From the NCBI GenBank assembly GCA_965112155.1, contig OZ218109.1: 64,000 bases of DNA, one strand, 5' to 3'. The notes beneath the pieces were generated by a model. The model was not told the DNA's origin, made no database searches, and was given only the letters and a program-made list of their open reading frames with translations. This stretch comes from Podarcis liolepis (lineage: Eukaryota). The translations under genes and the position numbers were made by a program. This document shows positions 51,457 through 64,000 of the stretch, one piece after another (the first letter of the stretch is position 1; each line of letters opens with the position of its first letter).

Positions 51457-53499
51457 GCCTGCTTCTAGAAGCGTAGGCTCATTTGCTACCCATACTCTGT
51501 GTTGTCGTGTTGAGCATCCTGTATGCATGGAATGTGTGTTCTGGTACATGTTAAATTACACCTAAACTCATTTGAGGGGGGGGGGGGGAGAACCAGCAGA
51601 CCATTGACATTCCTGCTTTTATCTGTTTGTCTCCAAATTGTCACTGAAATCTATTTGGAACGTACACTGTAGGATTTCTCTTGTAGTTTTTGAACAGTGT
51701 ACTGGATTGCTTCTTAGGCTCCTTTCTGCCACGTCAATATAAAAGTGTATTGATAACAGGGAAAATAATTGATGACTTGTGTCTTTAGGTTGAACGGAAG
51801 ACATTAGAGAAGGAGATGACTGATCTTGGGCTTGATATGACTGGTAAAAATGAGGTAAGACAGACTTTTTTCTGCATTGATTGCTGTAGGCATTACTTTC
51901 ATTATTTCTAAATGTTCTTATACTTCATTTTTCTGCCACAGGAAATAAAGCTGTGGCTTTTTTTGTTTGTTTTAAAGCCAGGTGGCGCCTGCAGGTCTCA
52001 CACTGCGGGAGGCGATTGTGGGACCCAAGCAGTGTGTTGGTTGATGGAACCGCTGGGCTAAGATGGCTCCAGGAATTAAGCTGTGTTAGATTAATATTGG
52101 ATTAAGACTGGAATTCAGAGTCGAAAAAATCCTATTATTTAATAAAGTTTGTACTCATAAGCTGTTAGCTGAATTAAGTAGTATTTATGCTGAGGAACAG
52201 TGTGCAGCACCAGATAACTAATTTAGAAGATGAGGGGTTCTGATTGGGCTTTTCTTGGTTTGTGAATTTTCAGGCACATTATGTAGCCCAGGCAAGAAGA
52301 TCCCGGAGTGTTACCCGTAAACGTAAACGAGAAGAATCTGTAACACCTACATCTGTCGCACGAAGTCGCAGTTCTTCCCGCACACCTCGCGATGTATCTG
52401 GCCTTCGAGACGTAAAGGTCTGTCTTAAGTTTATTAGAGTTCTGGACGGTTTTATAGGATGTAGTATTGCAAATAGGCATTTATAAATCTGCACGTTGAG
52501 CTACTGTAATTAAGCAGAGGTTTTTAAGCATTTTAAATTGACTCGTAATACGTTTCGGTGTCATTAAGAGAAAATTAAATTACTTTAAAAAAACCTCTTC
52601 CTGTATATTTAGTACTGTATTGTTAGGATCAATTGATTCCTTTTAGTTCAAGCCATTTGAAGCAGAATCAGCCCGTGTTCAGTTCATCATCTGTACCGTC
52701 ATATACTAAGGGTGGATGGTTAACCTGTGGCCCTCCAGATGTTTGCTGGACTACAACTCTCACCATCCCTGTTTGGCCATATTGCCTGGGGCTGATGGGA
52801 GTCTGAGCCCAAAAAATTCTAGAGTGACTACAGGTAAGCTACGCCTGCACTAAGGGGATGTGATGGCAATAGGCCAGCTTGTCACTTATTTGACTGAGGT
52901 GTCCAAGACTCGCCATGCACAAACATAGCTGGGAGTAAGTTCCACTGAACTTACTTCTGTGTAGGATTGTGCTGTTAATACTGGACAGGTAGGGTAGGGA
53001 GAAAGACCTAGGAAAAGGAGGTGGCCAGGCAAGATGGCTGAATTTACATACTGATGTGCAATAGCCAAATGAATTCAGGACTCATCTGGCTGTTTAGCTT
53101 TGCCTTTTTATATGTAGCTTATGCAAAGACACTTCTAGTGTTTGAGAGACCAATCCCTTTGCATTTTTAAATTGCTTCTATAGAAGGCACATTTATGGCT
53201 GTGTCTCAGATCCTAGTCTTATACTCTTAACCACTACTTCCCAAAGGGACTATAAGGCAATATTTGGGTCATATTATTGGTGTGGAGGATGAACCTCAAG
53301 TGGAGAAAGAATGCTTCACTTATTATGATTTTTTTTATTTGTATAGATGGTGAAGAAGACTAAAACTATGATGAAGAAAGCTCAAACGAAAATGAACCGG
53401 TTGGGCAGGAAAGGGGAAGCAGATAGGCACGTCTTTGACCTTAAGCCCAAACATCTGTTTTCTGGCAAGAGGAAATCTGGTACAAACCAACGCAGATAA
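35683..53499 (+). CDS. GTPBP4: GTP-binding protein 4 / nucleolar GTP-binding protein 1 (NOG1); complete 17-exon gene, 634 aa
   Basis: join(35683-35730,37437-37607,40261-40364,40849-40985,41678-41778,42677-42769,44590-44781,44887-44952,46972-47061,48381-48491,48747-48824,48924-48975,49693-49793,50121-50318,51789-51854,52274-52417,53347-53499) = 1905 nt, open. G1 GYPNVGKS, G2 YAFTT, G3 DTPG, G4 NKCD; C-terminal [20 protein letters not shown]. Confidence 0.98.
36022..36678. mobile_element. hAT-type MITE containing a nested family-B Tc1/mariner MITE
   Basis: TIRs CAGTGCCGGATTTA / TAAATCCGGCCCTG; 8-bp TSD GGTACCAG/GGTGCCAG. Confidence 0.8.
36040..36265 (+). mobile_element. Tc1/mariner-type MITE, family B (nested)
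   Basis: TA|CAGTGGTACCTCGGGTTAAG ... CCAAGGTACCACTG|TA. Confidence 0.9.
37437..37607 (+). CDS. GTPBP4: GTPBP4 exon 2
   Basis: [36 protein letters not shown]...FPKLD; AG/GT bounded. Confidence 0.95.
37755..37983 (-). mobile_element. Family C pogo/Tigger-like MITE, partially deleted
   Basis: Reverse complement of most of 7617-7876. Confidence 0.75.
39196..39336. mobile_element. hAT-type palindromic MITE
   Basis: CAGAGGTTCCCAAGCTT...AAGTTTGGGAAACCCTG fold-back; flanks GCCTTGTT/GCCTAGTT resemble an 8-bp TSD. Confidence 0.75.
40261..40364 (+). CDS. GTPBP4: GTPBP4 exon 3
   Basis: [34 protein letters not shown]. Confidence 0.95.
40444..40656 (+). mobile_element. Sauria-type SINE, 5' part
   Basis: GGGACGCGGGTGGTGCTGTGGGTTAAACC...GGTTCGAATCC; similar to the 28560 copy. 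Confidence 0.8.
40849..40985 (+). CDS. GTPBP4: GTPBP4 exon 4
   Basis: [45 protein letters not shown]. Confidence 0.95.
41678..41778 (+). CDS. GTPBP4: GTPBP4 exon 5 (P-loop)
   Basis: [33 protein letters not shown]. Confidence 0.97.
42195..42348 (-). mobile_element. CR1 LINE 3' fragment
   Basis: '[36 protein letters not shown]', typical of the CR1 ORF2 C-terminus. Confidence 0.75.
42677..42769 (+). CDS. GTPBP4: GTPBP4 exon 6
   Basis: [31 protein letters not shown]. Confidence 0.97.
42944..43064. repeat. Tandem duplication, 2 x ~61 bp
   Basis: TAYGTTGTTATTCACTTACTACTTCGGCACC...ACCGCTTAGC twice. Confidence 0.9.
44086..44406 (+). mobile_element. Tc1/mariner-type MITE, family A
   Basis: TA-flanked TIRs as in other family A copies. 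Confidence 0.9.
44590..44781 (+). CDS. GTPBP4: GTPBP4 exon 7
   Basis: [30 protein letters not shown]...PLFVNK. Confidence 0.97.
44887..44952 (+). CDS. GTPBP4: GTPBP4 exon 8
   Basis: [22 protein letters not shown]. Confidence 0.95.
45076..45885 (-). mobile_element. 5'-truncated non-LTR retrotransposon (RTEX-like ORF2 C-terminus)
   Basis: Perfect 15-bp TSD AATCAGGTCATGCCA (45061-45075, 45886-45900); open frame '[15 protein letters not shown]...[33 protein letters not shown]'. Confidence 0.8.
46972..47061 (+). CDS. GTPBP4: GTPBP4 exon 9
   Basis: [30 protein letters not shown]. Confidence 0.95.
47221..47379 (+). mobile_element. Sauria-type SINE, 3' part
   Basis: GCTGGCCACATGACCCGGAAG...CAGGGGTTCCTTTACCCTTTACCTTT. 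Confidence 0.75.
48381..48491 (+). CDS. GTPBP4: GTPBP4 exon 10
   Basis: [37 protein letters not shown]. Confidence 0.95.
48594..48651. repeat. (TTC)n microsatellite plus poly(T)
   Basis: Seen directly, in GTPBP4 intron 10. Confidence 0.9.
48747..48824 (+). CDS. GTPBP4: GTPBP4 exon 11
   Basis: [26 protein letters not shown]. Confidence 0.93.
48924..48975 (+). CDS. GTPBP4: GTPBP4 exon 12
   Basis: [17 protein letters not shown]. Confidence 0.93.
49693..49793 (+). CDS. GTPBP4: GTPBP4 exon 13
   Basis: [33 protein letters not shown]. Confidence 0.95.
50121..50318 (+). CDS. GTPBP4: GTPBP4 exon 14 (ends at a GC donor)
   Basis: [28 protein letters not shown]...[10 protein letters not shown]|GCAGGT. 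Confidence 0.9.
50890..51173 (+). mobile_element. Tc1/mariner-type MITE, family A
   Basis: TA-flanked TIRs as in other family A copies. Confidence 0.9.
51404..51456. repeat. (TTA)n microsatellite
   Basis: Seen directly. Confidence 0.9.
51789..51854 (+). CDS. GTPBP4: GTPBP4 exon 15
   Basis: [22 protein letters not shown]; phase 0 at both ends. Confidence 0.92.
52274..52417 (+). CDS. GTPBP4: GTPBP4 exon 16
   Basis: [22 protein letters not shown]...[11 protein letters not shown]. Confidence 0.95.
53347..53499 (+). CDS. GTPBP4: GTPBP4 exon 17 (terminal coding part)
   Basis: [50 protein letters not shown]. Confidence 0.96.
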   Translation: MVKKTKTMMKKAQTKMNRLGRKGEADRHVFDLKPKHLFSGKRKSGTNQRR

Positions 53500-53634
53500 A
53501 TGGCTTTACAAGGACAATATGAAAATAGCAATGCAAATTAAAGGCAACATATATATATATAAGAAATAGTTTGTGGAGAATTTATTCCAGTAAAGTTGTG
53601 GTTTTATTGTTAGTTCTGTCATAATGAAGTATAA

Positions 53635-53640
53635 AATAAA
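53635..53640 (+). terminator. Candidate GTPBP4 polyadenylation signal AATAAA
   Basis: AATAAA ~135 nt after the stop codon. Confidence 0.55.
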
Positions 53641-54438
53641 TAACCCAAACATTCATTCAGTTACTTCAGCAGAAGTACATACCAAATGATGCATATCTCA
53701 ATCTGCTGGGGTACTTTTTCTCTGTACTGAATACCTGGAGGTCTGGTAGTAAGTATCATTTCCCAAAGGTCTATTTTAACTACATCTCATTAGATATGAG
53801 AAGCAGCAGCTCTATCATAAAGCTATATTAACAAATTTAGTGGTAACAAAACGTTGCAATTTATAATAATATCAAGATACACGCAGAGTGGTCTAAGCTG
53901 AGCACATAACTTTATATGCAGGTTTGAAACATATAGAAGCCCTCTTAGGCAGTACTGAGCTAGATGGACCAATTCAGGATTCCTCCTGGATCAGTTTTTA
54001 AAAATTAATGTTATATTAATTTTTACTGGCTACTATATTAATTTTAACTGGCTACTTTCCAGTTCCCAGAAATGGAGGCTGATCCGAGGCAAAAGTTACA
54101 TATTTTTGTTAGAAAATCACATTTGATTTTTTTTGAAACCCTTAGGTGGATGCTATCTCAACCTGGCAATTTGTTAGTTTTAATTTGGTCTATTAAGCCT
54201 AGAACTGTTTTTCATTTACCGCAGATAGCAAAAGTTAGTTCAGGTACAGGATCTGTCCTTTATCCTCTGCTGTGAAAACAAAAGCAGAGAATTCATTCGG
54301 ATTCTGAGCCACCTCCTTTTGCTCCCTTGTCATCCAAGATACCAACTGTCTTCCTAGCCAGTCATCTGCTACTAAGGTATTTAAATGTTTTGTTGTTCAT
54401 GTTTTTAGCAGTGTACTGCTCCATTTTTTAAAGGAACC

Positions 54439-54444
54439 TTTATT
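54439..54444 (-). terminator. Candidate IDI1 polyadenylation signal (AATAAA on minus strand)
   Basis: TTTATT on + strand ~1.4 kb downstream of the IDI1 stop. Confidence 0.4.
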
Positions 54445-55827
54445 GTCTCATTTGCCAAAGTTTGTGTTCCTTTTTGTTTTCCTTATTTGGGCAAGACCTC
54501 CATTTTTGGAAGGAATAGCAGCTTCTTTGACTCTGGTTGTTAACAGTGCTGGTGTCCTCTTGGACACCGTCCTTGATCTGCATTTTACACTTCAGTTGAG
54601 CTTCTAAAAAACTTCCAAGATGGGGGACACTGATCCAGAACAAGCATTTTTTAAGATCAGAAATTTAGCTCAATGGGCCTGTCCAATAATTATTTTTAAA
54701 CATTTGTCATATTGTATTCCTCAAAAATTGGTTTTCTATTAACTAGCCTAAATTTAACAGGTTATGGAAAATTTAAATGGAACACATTAATTTTTTTCAT
54801 GAAGAAGTATTAAATTCAGTTGTTAGGATTCAGTCATTTTAATGATTAAAAATACACCAGCAGCTTTCTGGAACACAGCAGAATGTCTGAATATGCACAG
54901 TTTTTACTATCTAGTTATATCTGAAAATGGAACACCCTTAAGTCAAGGTAAAGTGAAGAGTTACTAGGCAGGCCCAAGAATTCCTTTCCTTTTTACAGCA
55001 AATAATTCAAAAAAGGAAGGCACATTTGGAGACGACTGAAGTACAAATTCTCACGACATTTTGAATACCACCTAGTTCTGCCCCGTAATGGTTTTCATCA
55101 TGCACAGTTTACAAGTGAACAGGTACTATTAGAGCAGTTAACACCACACTTACTTATTACCCCACATACTTCATACTGCTAGCGCACCAGAAAACTGAAA
55201 ATGAGTGGATGAAATAGGCCAGCTCTTGAATTGGCAGAATGTAAGTACTGTTTCTCTTATCCCCTAACATGGACTTTAGTATGACATTCAAGATGCAGCC
55301 TTTAGGACCAGAAATCGCAACAGCTATGCTAGTTAGGGCTGATGGAGAGTCACATGTTAGCGCCCCCCTCCCCTGCATTAAGCCAAGAACAAAACTAGTC
55401 TGGGAACTCCATTGGGTTTGTCTGTATCTAATGGGATTTCTGACTAAATAACTAACTCCTTCCCTATTGTACAGCAAACAGCCTACCCTGAAAAATAGAG
55501 AGGTATCCTGGCTAAGATTTAACTTTCAGTCTTGACTGGTAGGCTAGTCAATATTAAACCTCAGATTCTAGTGATTATATCAACAAATACATTCCCATTG
55601 AAAGCTTATAAATAATCCAAATAATTACTCCAAGAAATGAAAGGCAGAAAAGACTCAAGCTTTAACAATCAGCCAGAGATAAAATCAATTTCCCTTCACA
55701 GGATATCTTCTTATTCCTAATTAATTCCCTGTGCTGCAGTCAACTTATAATTAGTGCTTCAGATATTGCCATTTATCAGTATTAAATGGTACTATATCGT
55801 TTTTAGGGCAGCATATTCTACAAGCTG

Positions 55828-61346
<5,519 letters not shown>

Positions 61347-61792
61347 TTACAAGATTTCCTAATGTTTGCCTAGAGTCAGCAGAGCACAGGTATGCAGATG
61401 AGTGTCCATTATACTTGCCAAAGCTAGAAACTTGCCTAAACTTCACAACCAACGCAACCATCAAGTGTGCATATAATTTCTGATGGCTAGACAAAGTTAA
61501 TTTTGATCCTCAGCCAATATTCTTAGTTCAGTAAGAATATGAGTCCACCATTTTTTACACAATACATAGCTATCACTACTTGTTTTATCTTGCACTAGCA
61601 TGACTTTACAGGAAAACACACAAAGCCTTTACTGTCTTTAGGCACCAACTATACTTATCATTTGTTAAAGTAGACCACTTCCTCCTTTTTAACTAGCCCT
61701 GAGCCAATGCCTTTATTAGTACCTGTTTAATAGATGGAAGCTTTTTTGATTTGTCTACAGTGATAAGGCTTCACCTGCTATACTTCTATGTA

Positions 61793-62052
61793 TAAAGGTA
61801 AAAAGGTAAAGGACCCCTGGACAGCTAAGTTCAGTCAAAGGAGACCTATGGGGTTGCGACGCTCATCTCGCTTTCAGGCCAAAGGAGCCAGTTTGTCCAC
61901 AGACAGCTTTCCGAGTCATGTGGCCAGCATGACTAAACCGCTTCTGGCTCAACGGAACACCGTGATGGAAACCAGTACACATGGAAACGCTGTTTAGCTT
62001 CCCGCCACAGTAGTACCTATTTATCTACTTGCACTGCCGTGCTTTCAAACTG
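61793..62052 (-). mobile_element. Sauria-type SINE, 5'-truncated
   Basis: AAAGGTAAAAAGGTAAAGGACCCCTGGAC... is the reverse complement of the Sauria SINE tail and body. Confidence 0.8.
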
Positions 62053-62539
62053 TGTATTGCACTGCTGACAAAAGTAAAGGGCTAGTAAAAGATGTAGCAA
62101 ATGCTTTGTTAAAAATATGAGAGTCCTGCCAGGAAAAGATGTGGCAGACTTACCCAACTGCTTCAACAAAGAGAGGAAAAGTACAACTATGAGCATACCT
62201 TGAAACACCTTCGTATATTGGGAATGCTATAGAATTTTTTTAAATCCCCCAGCCTACTTCAGGTCCATGTCACTTGTCAGCCCAAGTAGCAAAAGTTCTG
62301 AGCTCTTATAAAGCTGTGGCCTCCAGCAGCAGAGCTTTGCTGCTGAAAGTTTAATTTGGAAGCAAAGAACTGTTGCTATAGTGGGAAGTATGCTACTTTT
62401 GCTGTTTAACAAAAATGTTTTAGAAATCTACACTAGGAAAAGAGAGGGAGCTACTTGCTCCATCTCCAAAAGCTCCATCTCTTTCAAAATCCCAAGGGAA
62501 ACTACAAAGGATAAATACAGGAAATTACTGAGCTTAGTA

Positions 62540-62781
62540 CAGTGGTACCTCAGGTTACATACGCTTCAGGTTATATACGCTTCAGGTTATAGACTCCGTT
62601 AACCCAGAAATAGTGCTACAGGTTAAGAACTTTGCTTCAGGATGAGAACAGAAATCATGCTCCGGCGGCGCTGCGGCAGCAGGAGGCCCCATTAGCTAAA
62701 GTGGTGCTTCAGGTTAAGAACAGTTTCAGGTTAAGAACGGACCTCCGGAACAAATTAAGTACTTAACCCAAGTTACCACTG
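62540..62781 (-). mobile_element. Tc1/mariner-type MITE, family B
   Basis: Reverse complement of 36040-36265, TA-flanked. Confidence 0.88.
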
Positions 62782-63124
62782 TACTGTCTACAAAAACCAG
62801 CAGTGGCTCTTAGAGTTTCAGGTTGGTATCCATCCCATCTCTACCAGAAGCTTACACATCTTTATCTTGGTCACCTAACCGCCCTCAGGGGCATGTTGTG
62901 GGGAAAAAAGTGGGGGAAGGAGGAAGAGAACAGCAGGTGCCATCTGCAGCTCTTTAAAGGACAGTGCAGTAAGAACAAGAGGACATTAATAAAACTTGAG
63001 TAAGATTTCTCAGGGCTGTGGATGGAGGAAGGGAACTTGCTTCCACAAGATGCAGAGAAAAAAACCTGAACTCGGATTCCCTACCCAAGCCTTTTCAATA
63101 GGGAAGTGGATACTGTATGCAGAT

Positions 63125-63262
63125 CGGTGTTTCCCAACCTAGGGTCTCCTGCTGTTTTTTTGGATTACAACTCCCACCATCCCTAGCTAGCAAGACCAGT
63201 GGTCAGGAATGATGGGAATTGTAGTCCAAAAAGAGCTGGAGACCCAAGCTTGGGAAACACTG
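63125..63262. mobile_element. hAT-type palindromic MITE
   Basis: CGGTGTTTCCCAA...TTGGGAAACACTG; TSD ATGCAGAT/ATGTAGAT. Confidence 0.85.
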
Positions 63263-63270
63263 ATGTAGAT

Positions 63271-63406
63271 CAGGCATCCCCAAACTCGGCCCTCCAGCTG
63301 TTTTGGGACTACAACTCCGAACATCCCTCGCTAACAGGACCAGTGGTCAGGGATGACGGGAACTGTAGTCTCAAAACAGCTGGCGGGCCGAGCTTGGCCA
63401 CGCCTG
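63271..63406. mobile_element. hAT-type palindromic MITE (second subfamily)
   Basis: CAGGCATCCCCAAACTCGGCCC...GGGCCGAGCTTGGCCACGCCTG; TSD ATGTAGAT/ATGTAGAT. Confidence 0.85.
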
Positions 63407-63418
63407 ATGTAGATAATA

Positions 63419-63651
63419 CAGTGGTACCTCAGGTTAAGTACTTAATTCATTCCGGAGGTCCGTTCTTAACCTGAATAAATAGTGCTTCAGGTTAAGAACT
63501 TTGCTTCAGGATGAGAACAGAAATCCAATGCTCCGGTGGTGCAGTGGCAGCAGGAGGCCCCATTAGCTAAAGTGGTGATTCAGGTTAAGAACAGTTTCAG
63601 GTTAAGAACGGACCTCCGGAACGAATTAAATACTTAACCCGAGGTACCACT

Positions 63652-63652
<1 letters not shown>
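63419..63652. mobile_element. Family B MITE, symmetric variant with ~57-bp inverted ends
   Basis: TA-flanked; both ends are the same family-B end. Confidence 0.85.
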
Positions 63653-63691
<39 letters not shown>

Positions 63692-63703
63692 TATTATTAT
63701 TAT
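63653..63703. repeat. (TAT)n microsatellite
   Basis: Seen directly. Confidence 0.9.
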
Positions 63704-63800
63704 TAGACGCTGCACCGCCACCTCCTTTCGCTTCCCCGCGGTTGACTCAGCCGCATCGCTTCGAACTCCCTTCCGCCCCCGGGCCTTTTTTGGTCCTTAC

Positions 63801-64000
63801 CGCGTTCCGTCCCCGGGCCGGCACGCGGCCTCTGCACTCACGCAAAGCGAAGGAAGCGGCCGCCGAGACTGAGGAGGCGGTGGTGGCTGCAGCACCTGTC
63901 CGAGGCTGCGACGATACAAGCTTCCCCACGAAGACGAGGAGGCGGAAGAAGCAGAAGCGGAGAGCGCGCGGGCTGCAGAGCCTTCTCCTCCGGCTGCCCC
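63801..64000 (-). other. IDI1: IDI1 exon 1 (partial, runs off window) within a CpG island; possibly coding an N-terminal extension
   Basis: CpG-rich; donor GCG|GTAAGG after 63801 (alternative TGC|GTGAGT after 63842); stop-free and in frame with exon 2. Confidence 0.7.

Overview
Vertebrate genomic DNA, most likely from a squamate (lizard). This is inferred from Sauria-type SINEs, a BovB-like RTE tail, CR1/L2 ends and abundant Tc1/mariner and hAT MITEs. The window covers the conserved LARP4B - GTPBP4 - IDI1 block. (i) A CpG island at ~8.9-10.4 kb has a perfect minus-strand splice donor; it is assigned to the non-coding first exon of LARP4B by synteny only, as no coding exons are visible. (ii) The complete 17-exon GTPBP4/NOG1 gene lies on + (35683-53499, 1905 nt, 634 aa) and needs a non-canonical GC donor at intron 14. 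(iii) IDI1 lies on - (227-aa core from ATG 61256 to stop 55828). Its first exon at the right edge is open and in frame, suggesting an N-terminally extended isoform. No IDI2 is present. The most unusual structure is a 1.94-kb Tc1/mariner-type MITE in IDI1 intron 2. Its interior is a 23 x 60-bp CpG-rich minisatellite built from two hairpins per unit, with an 8-unit higher-order repeat; it explains the long 'ORFs' at 58-60 kb. Several nested or stacked TE insertions with readable target-site duplications give a relative insertion chronology. I found no convincing new protein-coding system; the novel signals are structural, splicing-related or TE-related.
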